DNA of 64,000 nucleotides from Sphyrna mokarran (lineage: Eukaryota): assembly GCA_024679065.1 (NCBI GenBank), contig JAGIQG010000040.1:3348001-3412000 (forward strand), given 5' to 3'. Shown here one piece after another: positions 12,715-25,809 of the stretch. A program made the position numbers and the translations under genes. Every line of letters begins with the position of its first letter. Positions within the stretch are counted from its first letter, which is position 1. Below the pieces are notes generated by a model, which worked only from the letters and a program-made list of their open reading frames with translations, was not told the origin of the DNA and did not search any database.

Positions 12715-13212
12715 TTACTATTTGAGGAAGGATATCCTTGGTATAGAGGCAGTAGAGCGAAGATTTACCAAGTTGATGCTCGGGATGGCAGGTTTATTAT
12801 ATGAGAAGAGATTACATCGGTTAAGATTATACTCACTGGAGTTTAGAAGAGTGAGAACCGATCTCATAAAAATTCTGACAGGGGTAGGTAGGGTCGATTC
12901 AGAAACAATGTTCCCAATGGTAGGGGAGTTCAGAACAAGGCGTCATAGTTTGAGGATAAGGGGCAACTTTTTAGAACTGAGGTAAGGAGAAATGTCTTCA
13001 CCCGGAAGGTGATGAATGTGTGGAATTCATTACCACAGAATGTAGTTGAGGCCAAAAACGTGGTCTGATTTCAAGCAGAAATTAGAAAGGTTCATGGGAG
13101 GAAGGGGAGATCAGGGTATTGAAATCGATGATTAGCCATGATTACGCTGAATGGCGGCGAAGGCTCGAAGGGCCGAATGGCCTACTCCTACTTCTAGTTT
13201 CTATGTTTCTGT
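12715..13212 (+). mobile_element. CR1 (HER1-like) 3' fragment
   Basis: ..RKDILGIEAVERRFTKLMLGM..SLEFRR.. plus the GGCTCGAAGGGCCGAATGGCCTACTCC tail. Confidence 0.85.
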
Positions 13213-13339
13213 TCCATGAAAGATTTCCCGGTGCAGAGTTGGATAACTACTTATCTTCGGTATACGGAAAGCACCAACTATTAATTATGTTAAGTCGTGG
13301 CTATTTCTCATTTATATCTGCATGTTAGGCAGCTGTTAA

Positions 13340-13655
13340 TCATAGAATCCCTACAGTACAGAAAGGAGCTATTACGCCCAAGAGTCTGCACCGATAACAA
13401 TCTCTCCCAGGCTTTATCCCCATAACCCTACATGTTTAGCCTGGTAATCCCCTTGACATTAAGGGACAATTTAGCATGACCAATCCAGCAAACCTGCAAA
13501 TCTTAGGTCTGTGGAAAAAACAAACCGGAGCACCCCGAGGACAACCTCGCCGAAGAATGTGCAAACTCCACACAGGCAGTGACCCGAGATTGGAATTGAA
13601 GCCGGGTGCCTGGCACTGAGGCAGCAATGCTAATCACTGTGCCACCGTGTCGCCC
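13340..13655 (-). mobile_element. HE1-like V-SINE
   Basis: tRNA-like head (GGCACAGTGATTAGCATTGCTGCCTCA..), central TGTGTGGAGTTTGCACATTCT..GGGTGCTCCGGTTT domain and a CR1-like tail. Confidence 0.8.
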
Positions 13656-13887
13656 ATAAATGATTAAATTAGTTTCACTTTTCACCTGAATTAGGAAAAA
13701 GGATCCGCCTTAAGAAAGATTAATGGAGTGAGTTCTGAGGAAAGCGATTAATGAAGCAGAATTACTGGTTATGTGGGAGAGAGCAGAGAGAGAGCAAGGA
13801 ATTTAGAAATGCGTTTACGGCCAGAGAAGAAATGTGATTGGGAAAAATTATATTAAATCATTAACTAACTATGATTAACACTGGTTA

Positions 13888-14200
13888 CGGGGCGGCCTGG
13901 TGCCACAGTGGTAAGCACTGCTCGCTCACAGTGTCAGGAACCGGGATCAATTACGGCTTGGGATCACTTTCTGTACGAAGTTTGCATGTTCTCCCCGCGT
14001 CTACGTGGGTCTCCTTCGGAACATTTGATCCTGCTCCCTCCCATAATCCAAAGATGTGCAGGTTAGGTTGATTGGCCATGCTAAATTGACCCTAGTGTCA
14101 CGGGATACGCAGAGTTGCGGGAGTGAGGCTTGAGTGGAATTGTGGGTGCAAACTCGATGCGACGAATGGCCTCCTTTTGTACTGTAGGGGTTTTATGATT
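13888..14200 (+). mobile_element. HE1-like V-SINE
   Basis: Same tripartite structure as 13340-13655, in the opposite orientation. Confidence 0.8.
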
Positions 14201-14203
14201 CGC

Positions 14204-14235
14204 AGCTGACGTCAGCTCAGGGAGATGAGCCAATC
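14204..14235 (+). promoter_or_regulatory. V promoter: palindromic CRE plus CCAAT box
   Basis: AGCTGACGTCAGCT (TGACGTCA at 14207-14214) followed by CCAAT, about 150 bp upstream of the leader ATG at 14368. Confidence 0.6.
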
Positions 14236-14367
14236 GCAGCGCTGAGTAACGCCCCCCAGTTTCCTAATAATTGAAGCTGCCTTGCATCTGAGTTCACTCT
14301 GTGATAACAGACTCGACTCAACAACATATTTTAAACGTTGTCGCTGCTTACTGTTCAAACTGGAATC

Positions 14368-14797
14368 ATGTGTCCCCTGTGTGCTGTACTGATAATGATG
14401 GCCACGCTGCCCGGTGAGTCTGAGCTCAAACCCTCAGTGTGTCATCGTTATAGTTGCTCACGGATTTCTTATACATTTTATATTTTATTGCAGGAATCAA
14501 TGGCCAAGATTCAGTTTCCCAGTCGCCCGAATTAACGGTTCAGGAAGGATTGGACGTTACAGTGAATTGCAATTACACAGCAAAAGATGCTGTTCCAACT
14601 CTTTTCTGGTACGTCCAGTATCCTGGGGAAAATCCAAGATATTTACTGAAGAAATATAGCACACGTGGCGGAGAAAAGTTTCCAGATTTCCCTGACCGGT
14701 TTTCTGCCGATTTGGACAAGGACAAGAAAACAGTTCGTTTAAAAATCACCGGGGTCCGTGTCTCTGACTCTGCCGTGTATTACTGTGCGCTGAACCC
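14368..14797 (+). CDS. TCR alpha/delta V segment (leader 14368-14413, V exon 14494-14797)
   Basis: Leader MCPLCAVLIMMATLP/GTGAGT. V exon GQDSVSQSP..VTVNCNY..LFWYVQYP..DSAVYYCALN. RSS CACACTG(14798)-23-ACAAAAACC(14828-14836). Confidence 0.95.
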
Positions 14798-15425
14798 CAC
14801 ACTGTTGCAGGGGCACATTCAGCCCGTACAAAAACCTGCAAAGGCATTCTCACCTCCTCTCACTGAATCAGATCTGTGACCTGGATTGTGAATTGTTAAT
14901 ACAAGCAAAACAATGGCATAACGAAGAGTTAGCCCGAATGCTCTCTTTTTCATGGTGCTCAAAGTATCATTCTATATAAATTCCATTTTATAGCTGTTTG
15001 GAGCAACCTTTGAAATGGAAAACTGTCGCTGTTATCAGAACGTTAAGCAGGATCCAACTATGTGCTATCTCAAAGATTAACTCCGGAAAATGGCCAATAT
15101 TTATTTCCATGTCTCCACTTTGTGAAAGAGAGCGATATCTTCATTCGGTCCTTTAGCTTCTTCGAGTTCAGTTCATTGTTCTGAGAACAGATTCAAATGG
15201 TTCCTGCTCCTCTGTCTGACGTCATGCATTGGAGAACAAAGACACTCTGAGATGATTGGATGAAATGTAGGACAAAGAAGCCATCAGCTGATTGGGTGTC
15301 TCCTGCTGGCGCTGTCAGGAATGAACCAATCGCCAATGAGGCCGGATATTACTCAGCATCTTCCGAACTCTGAACTAAAAGAGTTTTAACTCACTGAGTT
15401 CAAATCCCGCACCAGCTCTGCGAGA

Positions 15426-15958
15426 ATGCTGCCTGTTAGTTTTTACTCATTCGTCATAGCTGCAACTCTCTTAACTGCTAAGTTCCCAAATTGCACAATC
15501 CCCAGCCTGCTCGCAATGCTGAGATAAAAATCTTCCCATGTAATTTTTTCCTCTATTTGTAATATATTCAGTCACCCTGAACACATTTTTCCCGACAAAG
15601 TGATGATAAAACGTTAAGTTTGCATTTCTATTTTTTGTAGGTGTGAGTGAATCTGTATTTGTCTCCCACGGTCCAGTTACAACGATGGAGGAGAATCGGT
15701 ATCCATTGACTTCAGCCACTCGACCACAGATAGTGCATATTCTTCACAGCTATACCGCCGGACCGGGATAAAGCCACCAAATTCTTGACTTCCATCCATA
15801 ACTACGGAAATGATTTCAGAGCAGAAGGCGCGGGGCTCGGTTTTTCTGCATCTATGAACACTTCGAAAAATGAGAAATTTCACCACCTGTGAGCTGTTTG
15901 ATAGCAAGGTGTATTACCGCAGACATGGTAACAGGAACCAGAGGCTCGTACAAAAACA
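15426..15958 (+). pseudogene. TCR V pseudogene
   Basis: Leader-like MLPVSFYSFVIAATLLT with a dead donor (CT in place of GT). Frameshifted V exon after TTTTGTAG ending ..DSKVYYR. Residual nonamer ACAAAAACA at 15950; CRE at 15217. Confidence 0.65.
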
Positions 15959-16687
15959 CTGCTGCGGAGTGACTAAGAGAATAGCGGGCAGAATTTCGAT
16001 TTCCTAAATTCATCGGCAGCTTGTTCTGATTTAACATGAGCCCAAAATATGACCAAGCCAAAGGCAGCTCTAGAAAATATTCCTTCTGTCCAACAAAAGC
16101 TGTCGAAAATGTTTTGATATGTGACACGTAGCACAGAGAAAAACGACATAAGAAATGACGATAAATGAAAAGAGAGTGGGTGAACCAGAAGCAGAGACCG
16201 TGGTAGATATCGAGGTATACATAAGGAGAAATAGATTGAGATTCGAGGGGTAGACAAGAAGAAAGGAAATGATAGCAATAAGGGAGAAAGAGGGACATAA
16301 ATAGTGAGGCAGCCAGGGAAAGGAAAGGGAGAGAGACGGAGGCAGGAAGGGAATTAGATGAACAGACGGTGAGGAAACGGGGAGAGAATAGGTACAGATA
16401 ATTTGAAATAGTAGCGATGGAGGAGCGAAGAGAGATAAGCGGACAGAGAACACGAGAAACACAGAGATAGTCGGTGCGAGAAACAAAGCAAGCATTGAGA
16501 AATGCAATATCCGAAATGGAATCAGGAATCCCAGGAGAAGAAATAAAAATAAAATAACATAACGTAGCAAGTGAAAGAAAAGGTAATCTCAGAGAGCCTC
16601 TTGTCCCTGTGAAATACCAGACCAGCAAGAGACCCATAATGCTATTGTTCTCATACCCATGGCAGTAAACATACAAACATGGTGAGG

Positions 16688-16703
16688 CAGCCCCATCTGG
16701 TGG
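16688..16703 (-). promoter_or_regulatory. CTCF-like motif
   Basis: Minus strand reads CCACCAGATGGGGCTG. Confidence 0.45.
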
Positions 16704-17631
16704 CGATCTGGCCAATTACAGGAAAATCATTGAATTCTCAACATTCTGAAGAGGGTCACTGCACGATTATGTTGCATTATTCTTGCACGTTTTTCCCTAT
16801 TTAACCGCAGTGAATGTATACATGAGAGCTAATCCCACCTTTATGTTAAACCATGACGATTCTCTTTGTTTAGTGTAATATCCCAGCCATTCTCTTGAAA
16901 GACTGGAATCATGAAAGAATCATGAACTCGGAGAAAACTCGTGCAGAAACAAGGAGAACGTGCAAACTCCACACAGAAAGTCACGCAAGACCGGAAATGA
17001 GCCATGGTCCCTGACGTTTTGAAGCAGGAAGACCCTGCAGAAATACAATTTTCGACACTCTGAACTTTCGGGAAAATCGGGCAAACGAGTAATTCAACCT
17101 TGTCAGTTGTAGATTTATGAGACAATTTAGCGACATTCTTATATTTATACTCAGCAATATGTGCCTTATTAGTTTTTTTTGGGATGCCAGCTAACGAGCA
17201 AAAAGAATATCGGGAATAATATTAAGTAGTAAACGTGACCAAAGCAAAATAACGAGAAAGGCAAAAGCAGCAGGAATAATAAAATCAAAACAATAAGGTG
17301 CGTTATTCGCTGAATTGGTAACATTTCAGTAACATCGTGATGCAATATTCGAAAATAAATATATTTACAGAGAACATGGTGGCTCTCCAAGATGTTATGT
17401 ATAAATAAAATTGCATAAAAATACAATTCACCGCTTTTGCAGGTGTCAGATGTAAATTACAGGAAATACTTTTGCGATGTGACACTTCATATGAACGACA
17501 ATGTAGCACCTGCAGATAAATGTTAATTTTCTATATTTCTGTAACGTCGTCAGTTCTCACGAAGAAATTAAATATAGCTCTTGATATCTAAAGGGATCTT
17601 GGGATATAGGGGAAGGGATTCAGGATTTTAG

Positions 17632-17860
17632 ACGGTGTTGTGCACAGTGGTTAGCACTGCTGCCTCACAGCGCGAGGGACCCAGGTTCAATTCCCGGCTT
17701 GGGTCACACTATGCGAGCCTGCATGCTTTCCTTCGGGTGCTCCAGTTTCCTTTCTCAATCCGAAGATGTGCGGGTTAGGTGGATTGGCCAAGTTTTATTG
17801 CCCCTTAGTATCAGGGGAACGTGTTAAGATAAAACATCGGGAGTTATGGCGATAGGGCCT
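17632..17860 (+). mobile_element. HE1-like V-SINE
   Basis: A box CACAGTGGTTAGCACTGCTGCCTCACAGC, B box GGTTCAATTCC, and the V-domain. Confidence 0.8.
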
Positions 17861-17861
17861 G

Positions 17862-18703
17862 AGTAAACATAAAACATACAGCACTACAGCACAAACAGGC
17901 CCTTCGGCCCACAAGTTGCACCGATGATATCCATACCTACTCCATATCTGTAACTATCCATATCTGTAACCATATCCATATCCATATCTGTAACTCCCAG
18001 TCCCATTAACTCCTATGTACACATCCAGAAGTCTTTTAAAAGATCCTAGCGAGTTCTCCTCTGTCACCACCGACGGCAGCCGATTCCACTCTCTCTCCAC
18101 CCTCTGAGTGAAAAACTTACACCTAACATCTCCTCTGTACTTGCTTCCCAGCACCTTAAACCTGTATCCTCTTGAGCGACCATTTCAGCCCTGGGAAATA
18201 GCCTCCGAGAATCCACCCTCTCTATTCCTCTCTTTTATAAACCTCTATCAGGTCGACTCTCAACCTTCGTCTCTTCAGAGAGAAGAATCCGAGCTCCCTC
18301 AACTGTCTTCATAGGGCATGCCTCCCAATCCAAGCAACATCCTTGTAAATCTCCTCTGCAATCTCTCAATATCTTCCACATCCTTCCTGCAGTGAGGCGA
18401 CTAGAACTGCACACAGTACTCCAAATGGGATCTGACAAGGATCTTATAAAGTTGCAGCATTACCTCCCGGTTCCTAAACTAAATCCCTCGATTCATGAAG
18501 GCTAGAACACCATATGCCTTTTTGATCATATCCTCCACCTGCGAGGCCGGTTTAAGAGTCCTATGGACCCGGACCCCAAGATCCTTCTGCTCCTACCCTT
18601 GGTATTGTACTCCTTCATCCCATTGGTCCTGCCAAAATGGACCATTACACACTTATCCGCATTGAAGTCCATCTGCCACTTCCCCGCCCAGTCTTGCATC
18701 CTA
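17862..18703 (-). mobile_element. CR1 LINE 3' fragment
   Basis: Minus-strand RT C-terminal pieces (WAGKWQMDFNADKC, KFFTQRV). The UTR has short TATCCATATCTGTAAC repeats. Confidence 0.85.
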
Positions 18704-19409
18704 TAAGTTGGTGCGGGCTTGGTGGGCCGAATCGCCTCCTTTACACTGTAAGTTCTATGATCAGCTGTGATCAAAACAAATAACGGAACAGGTTCGAAGG
18801 GCAGAATGGCCCACTTCTGCTTCCGGTTTCCATATTTCTAAGTTGTCAACGTTATAGCGTAGGAGAGTTAGAAAGTGACCTATTTAAACCATTGTATTTC
18901 ATGGCCCAATACCAAAGTTTTGTGGATGAAAATATTAACCCACTATTTCTAATTAATAGCGTTGATCAGAAAACTGTGTGTGTTTGCATGTTTGTGTGTG
19001 TGAGGGAGAGGCAGAGACTGAGGGGTGAGGGGTGGGGAGGTCGATTAGATCTTATTTTCATGCTGAAAGATTTTGGTTACTATTGATCACAAACTCAAAG
19101 TACCCAGAACATAATGCAACTCGCAAATCTCTTCACTCTACGGTGAGGGTCAGTGTTAAAAATCCTTCTGGCAGAGATCCACAACGCCTGTAGAATAATT
19201 TAATCATATAATCCCTACATGCAGAAGGAGGCCATTCGATCAAGTCCTCTGTGGAAATAACGTTTCAAAGAGCAAAACAGAAGTTACTCTAAAAATCCAC
19301 TCCCGTAGCGTATAAACTGCTTTCCGATCTCCAGGGTCCATAAACCAGTTAAAACTTCTCTTTCTTTCTCACGGAGCAATATTTGATTTGATCCGATTAA
19401 TTATTTTAG

Positions 19410-19810
19410 CAAATATTAGTATACAGTGAAAAGTATTGTTTCTTGCACGCCATACAGACAAAACATACCGTTCATAGAGAAGGAAACGAGAGAGCGCAGA
19501 ATGCAGTGTTATGGTCATAGCTAGTGTGTAGAGAAACATACACTTAATGGAAGATAGATTAATTCAAAAGTCTGATGGCAGCAGGGAAAAAAAGCTTTCT
19601 TGATTCTATTGGTACGTGACCTCAAACTTTTGTATTTTTTTCCCGACGGGAAGATGGTGGAAGAAAGAATTTCTGGGATTCGTTGGGTCCTTTATTACAC
19701 TGGCTGCTTTGCCGAGGCAGCGAGAAGTGGAGACAGAGTCAGTGAAATGGAAGCTGGTTTGCATGACCGATTGGGCTACATTCACAACCTGTTGCAGTTT
19801 CTTGCGTAAT
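19410..19810 (-). mobile_element. Rex1/Babar-like LINE 3' fragment
   Basis: KLQQVVNVAQSVM..SRCLGKAASVIKDPTNP..FHHLPVG resembles the Rex1/Babar ORF C-terminus. Confidence 0.65.
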
Positions 19811-20181
19811 AGTTGATTCAAGGGTTAAACTTCTTGTCCAGCTGTTTGCATCGGGATGAGCATTGATTTCCATGATTCCAGTTTCCAGTTGAGTACTTTT
19901 GTTTCTCTCTTCACAAGACTATCGATTATTTCTGTAAAAAACAATCTGGGCAGCTATTGTGTGAATCTGATGGAAACTGACCGCCTGTTCAAGGAGAGCG
20001 GAGTGACTGAGGCGCCAAGAGGTGATTCCTATCTAAGCCTCAGTTATTAACCTGATCATCTCCGCAAAGCTTTACACTAATCCACCCGCACGTGCAAATA
20101 TGAAGTAAGTATTCATTGCAATTCATGAATTCATGAATTGCAATGCATTCAATTGCATTGCAATTTGCATATTCATGCAAA

Positions 20182-20551
20182 TAGAACATAGAACATAGAA
20201 CATTACAGCACAGAACAGGCCCTTCGGCCTTCGATGTTGCGCCGACCAATATAAAAAGCAATGCCCCTCCAAACTAAACCATTCCCTTCTCTTCCATATA
20301 CTTATCAACTAACCTCTTAAACGCCACCAAACTTGGCGCATCTACAACTGCTGCAGGCAGGGCATTCCACTCCCTAACCACCCTTTGGGTAAAGAACCTA
20401 CCTCTGATATCCGTCCTATAACTATCACCCCTTAATTTAAAGCTGTGTCCCCTCGTGCTAGCTTTCTCCATCCTAGGAAAAAGGCTATCACTGTCCACCC
20501 TATCTAAACCTCTAATCATCTTATATGTTTCGATTAGGTCCCCTCTTAGCC
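20182..20551 (-). mobile_element. young CR1 3' end with (TGTTCTA)n tail
   Basis: LRGDLIETYKMIRGLDRV..KYMEEKGMV. TSD GCAAATA on both sides. Confidence 0.9.
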
Positions 20552-20965
20552 GCAAATATCTCAAAATGAACACTACAGTTAATCAACAAACATCATTTGC
20601 CAGGGGAGGTTTAGTTGCTCGCTCTATCGCCTGTGAAGCAGATGTTTTCACAATCCCAGTCTCACGATGCATTTAGATGACCCAGTGTAGTCCGGGAGGA
20701 AGGGTGAATTGTGAGAGATGTCGGATTTCGGATGACATGTTAAATCGGATACATCAACTACCCTCACAGCTGGGGGTTGCCAATATAAGGATGCTAATTC
20801 GAGGACGAGGTGTGGAATTTATCTTACATGTAAACGCACTGTGGGTTATCAAGAAAGGCTTCATATAAATACTCAATTCTCAGTCACTCAACTGCCCGCA
20901 TTTGTATACTGAGTGATGCTGTGGAGAGTTTTTGTACAGGTTCAGCCCAGCTCTATATCTCTGTG

Positions 20966-21721
20966 GGTCTCAGTGCGCAGTAATACATCCCAGAGTCTGC
21001 CAACTCTGTTTTAGACACTTTCAACGGGACGGTGCTCTTCACAAAATCAAACTCCGCAGAGAAACGGTCCCCTACGAATCTCTCTGTGTTCCCGCTGTAT
21101 CTATGTCTCTGCAACAGAAACTCCATGGAACTGCTGGGATACTGACGGTACCAGAATGTGTTTGGATTGTCGTTGGCGACTGCAACAGTAAAGTTACAGA
21201 ACAACTGAACATCATCTCCTTCACTCACTGTGACTGCAGCCGGTGTCTGTGTAACACGGTCTCCTCCACAATGTCCTGGAAAAGTAACATCAAATAAACC
21301 GACGTCAATTACATACTTTTGTACGACGGAATCGGCTTTTTTGTCGTGAATTACAGCGCGATAAATAATTCGGCGCCACTCAAATAAAATATATTCCCCA
21401 CAGGTCGGGGACTGTACTGGGAAGGTTTTTGAATGGGTAATAAACACACAGTCTATCGGAATTAGTTCACTGTCTGTGTTTTCTATAATTTGAAAGGGGA
21501 ATTAAAACAACTATCTATGGGTTTTAAACTCCAGTGTTCGTCACAGGGTTGTTGCTACAAAGTGGATGGGGTGAAATTATTTGGCTTGTGATGAATCCAT
21601 TTTTCTCGTGTATGAATACAATGTCCGGTAAAGCTGTGGAACACAGAATTGAGCAACTTGTGAACTTACCGGTGAACAGGGCTGCCGCTGTGAGGATTAA
21701 AGCCCAAGTTACGGGAGACAT
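20966..21721 (-). CDS. TCR alpha/delta V segment (leader 21721-21670, V exon 21275-20966)
   Basis: Leader MSPVTWALILTAAALFT/GTAAGT. V exon GDRVTQTP..QLFCNF..FWYRQYP..DSGMYYCALR. RSS CACAGAG(20965-20959)-23-ACAAAAACT(20935-20927). Confidence 0.95.
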
Positions 21722-22146
21722 GTTTGCAGAGAGCTCCTGGCACAGTTGACAGCAATGAGCTGAGGCATAAATTGGTTCATTCAAGAGTGGCGAAGAAAGT
21801 GAATAACACCTACTACACTGCTGATCTATTCATTACCGACAGCGTCATCAGCTAACATCCAATCATCTTATTCCACCAATGGGATCAAACGCTTTGGATA
21901 TTCAAATCCTATAAGCAGCGCGGGGTGAAAGCAATAAAATGATTTGTTCAACTTTGAACTAAGTACTTAACGAGGAATAAATCAAAAATTGGTACTCTGA
22001 TAGGTTCAGTCTCAAAGGCGTAGACAGAGAGGGAATTCACTGAATATTGTTCTGATAGCAAAGCCTGAGCCTGCAGTGGGAGCTGCTCTCTATGTTACTG
22101 TGTTGCAGCTCATACAGAGGCCTCCGAAGGAAATGAATTCAACAAT

Positions 22147-22531
22147 GAACTCAATAGAAGCACACCATATTTTAGTGAATTATTTAGTGCGCAGAGGGTG
22201 GGGGCGGAACGGGGCTGGGGCTTGATCTGTTGATAGACTTGAGCATTCATCCAGCGATCCCCGTTTAATTGATCATTAGCAATATTCACAGTGTTCTTCT
22301 GATAAACAATAACTCTGCTCAAGGTAATTTATCGCTCAATAGAACTCAATAGAAGCACACCATATTTTAGTGAATTATTTAGTGCGCAGAGGGTGGGGGC
22401 GGAACGGGGCTGGGGCTTGATCTGTTGATAGACTTGAGCATTCATCCAGCGATCCCCGTTTAATTGATCATTAGCAATATTCACAGTGTTCTTCCGATAA
22501 ACAATAACTCTGCTCAAGGTAATTTATCGCT
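22147..22531 (+). repeat. recent 195-bp tandem duplication
   Basis: 22147-22341 and 22342-22531 differ at one base that I could see. Confidence 0.9.
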
Positions 22532-23161
22532 TAAATATCAGAACCACAGCCTTCATTCGATATTGAGTTCCGTATTAAAGAAAGCAACTGTTTAAACATG
22601 CAGTTCGGGATTTTTTTGCCAGCACCTCCCAAACCCACAATCCCTTCCACCAGCTGATACATGCGCGCATTACTACATACCCTTCCAAGGAACATAGAAA
22701 CATGTTGGATTCCTTTCACTGGGTACAACAGGGGCGATGTCAACGCACAATTCTAGAGTTGTTCAAATGGGCAATGGGAACTTTGAAGATAGAAATAGAG
22801 AAAACATTTTGAACAATTATGTTGATCAGAAGTGAGGAAAATGCGGCAGGTCCTGCAGATTTGAAGGAATCACAATGGCAAGGAAAGGCGGGAAAGCAGA
22901 AACAGCGAAATACCGATCAGTAATTCGGTGGAAGACAGGATATGTTAAATGACAAAGGTGATGTAGTCATGTGACAAATTATCAAACAATTAATAATTGT
23001 GGTGGCCGTTTACTCATGTAAAACATATTGGCAATCACAAGACGCCGTCTAAAATGTGAAGAGGCAACATTTAAAAACTCTTGCAGAGATAAGGATCAAA
23101 GCAATTTTGATCCCCGGAGATGAAAATACTTGGGCGTCGTAACTTGATTTTAATTTCGACG

Positions 23162-23175
23162 CCACCAGAGGGCAG
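23162..23175 (+). promoter_or_regulatory. CTCF-binding motif
   Basis: CCACCAGAGGGCAG; an identical core occurs at 34002-34015. Confidence 0.6.
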
Positions 23176-24106
23176 TGAGAGATTGTTTGGGTTCAATGTT
23201 GGAATAAGTTCCAGACCCACAAGTGTTCAGTAACTTTATTAAATAAAAAAAAACGAGCAGCTGTGGAAACGAACTATTACTAAGTCAAACAGGATGTTTA
23301 TATTTTACGCAATGTATTCTTAGCATTGTTAATGCTATTATTACTGTTGGTAGGTTGGAAATATTAAACATTACATTTCAGAATTTTCGATTTCGAAAAG
23401 CACATGGTTTAAATTATAAAATGAGCCGCTTTTTATAACATCAGCATATTACGCTTGTCAGGGTAAAATGATGAGTGTGGAATAAACAACTAACCAGAAC
23501 GGTAAAGGAGATCGTCTAAATTGTTGACGATTCATTGAAATACCGAGGGTAACGGGACCAGAGCTGAGAAGCAGGGGGAGCTGCATGTTTAAACAGTTGC
23601 TTTCTTTAATACGGAACTGCAACTTGGGCAGTATTTATATGAATAATTACCTCAATTTGAAATCAATGCCTTCATTTGAACGGTTAAATTTTAAAACCCT
23701 TCCATCAATTACGGGATCTGCAGGAAAGCAGTGTCCTGGTTTATATAAAATTGATTTGTTCACACGTGACCCGAAAGAAAAGCAGCAGCGGGTCAACAAA
23801 CTGCATCTTCATAAAATCTGATTCCAGCCAATCAATTGCAGAAAACCAGAGTGTCTGAAACTTTAATTGGTGCATCTTACATGAGGGGAATATTGCAGTT
23901 GTTGATTCACTTCGCACTCTTTTATTGTGAGCTGTGCTTCGTTGTTCTATTGACATTCTTATTGTATCCACGCGGTGCAAATGCATCTGTGTCTTTGTCA
24001 TTTTGGTTTTATTAATTTGATAGTGCAGTGAAATTACACTGTAACTTACAGAGAGTGTTTCCTTATTCACCTTGTTCCAGACCTCATTGTCTGAATGTTT
24101 TTATAG

Positions 24107-24425
24107 ATCGGTGTTTTTCGGACCATGTTTCACAAATTCCCACAGCGAGAACAGCCCAGAGCGGGGATTCGATGCAGATAAACTGCAGCTTTGACATGTC
24201 CAGGAATGTATTTGGACAGACAAAAGCCCTGTCAGAGTCCGAAGTGCATAATAAACAGACTCTCGAATGGCAAAGAGAGAAATGGCTGGTTCGAGTTGGA
24301 ACTTTCCACTGCAAGCAAATGTGGCCAGTTGATTATTGAGAACACGGAGGGAGTGGATCCCGCTGTGTATTACGGTGCGATAAAACTCACACTGAGAGGA
24401 AAGACGGCAGTTACTGTCCAAAACC
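24107..24425 (+). pseudogene. TCR V pseudogene
   Basis: DHVSQIP..SMQINCSF, then a frameshift, then ..RQKPCQSPK..DPAVYYG (second Cys lost). Heptamer CACACTG at 24388 with a degenerate nonamer. Confidence 0.8.
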
Positions 24426-24775
24426 TCATGTGTACATTTGCTGCAACAATTTAACAAACAACACGCTGCAGGCAAGATGTTTCAGAATGAGAGCAGAAAA
24501 TGGAGCATGTGAGGGGTGTTACCCGGGGCTTTGCAATTCCCTAACATCTGACAGCAGCTTTGACCAGACATGTTGACAGTCAGTGTTGAGAGCCAGAGCA
24601 TAACTTATCAGATTAAAGAAACGCTCACTCAATGATTGTGAACAATTTTCCGCATTGTTTAATTGTATGCTGAAAATCTATTGTTTCAAATCATGTAATT
24701 GATCTGTGTTCAAAAACAGCAAAATCTGAAAATATTCAGGTTTGGCCTGACAGGTGACATTCACGCCACATACGT

Positions 24776-25065
24776 TCATAGAATCCTACAGTGCAGAAAG
24801 AGGCCATTTGGCCCATCAAGTCTACACCAACAACAATCCCCCAACACCTCACATATTTATTCTGCTAAGCCCCAGACATTTAGCAGCAATTTAGCATGGC
24901 CAATTAACAGAACGTTTTTGAAATGTGGGAGGAAACCGGAGCACCCGTAGGAAATCCACGCATACACGTGAGAATATGTAAACTCCACATAGACAGTGAT
25001 CTGAGGCCGAAATTGAGCCCGGATCTCTAGCGCTGTGGGGCAGCAGTGTGAATCACTGTGTCACC
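24776..25065 (-). mobile_element. HE1-like V-SINE
   Basis: Reverse complement of the SINE head, V-domain and tail. Confidence 0.75.
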
Positions 25066-25097
25066 CTAACATCGCAGATCTTCAAATGAGAGAATTT

Positions 25098-25770
25098 AAC
25101 CATTGCCCCTTGACATTCAATGGCATTATCGATACTGAATCCCTCACTATCAATATCCTGCGGATTTACCACTGATCAGAAACGAAACTAGACCAGTAAT
25201 GTAAGTACTGTGGTTATTAGGTCAAAGATTCGGCGTCCTGCAGGGTTTAACTCATCTCATGCCCCACACCTCTTCCCCACCACAAAACCTGCCCAAATTT
25301 ATAAGGCACAGACTTGTAGTGGAGTATTGTCCACTTCCTGGATCCATCGCAGCTCCAATAAAAATCAAGGAATTCGATTCCATCCAGAAAAACGTGGCTC
25401 GCTTGATGCAATGAATGTACCCCGACAAGTCAACCCTTTTGAAAATATTTTTTTAGTGAGAATTTGGTGCATCCATAAATATTCATTCTCTCCACCACCG
25501 TCGAACAATGGCGATTGTGGACACCATCTACAAGATACACAGCAGCGACTCACCAAGGCTCCTAAGAGAGAGCCTTTGGTCACCACCATCTGGAAGGACA
25601 GGGGCAGCAGATATCTGAGTATGCTCACCGACTGGAAATTCTCCTCCAAGGCAATAACCATCCTGACTTGGAAATATATCACAGTTCCATCGCTATCATA
25701 GAATCCTAAAACACTAGGCCTCCTTCACAAACAAGAAAATGCCTAAGACCCAGAAGGCAGCTCAATACAC
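25098..25770 (+). mobile_element. degenerate non-LTR LINE 3' fragment (CR1/L2-like)
   Basis: Homologous to 34830-35435 (CCCCTTGAC..CAAT..ACCATTGAC..AAACT; CTTGGAAATATAT..GTTCC). Confidence 0.55.
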
Positions 25771-25809
25771 ATACTCAGCAGTAAGAATAGGCTATTGTCC
25801 TGCTGCCTG

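Noticed and set aside
15852-16715. Long overlapping minus-strand ORFs (287, 166 and 101 aa)
   Set aside because: They arise from a purine-rich low-complexity tract whose complement lacks stops; no domain motifs.
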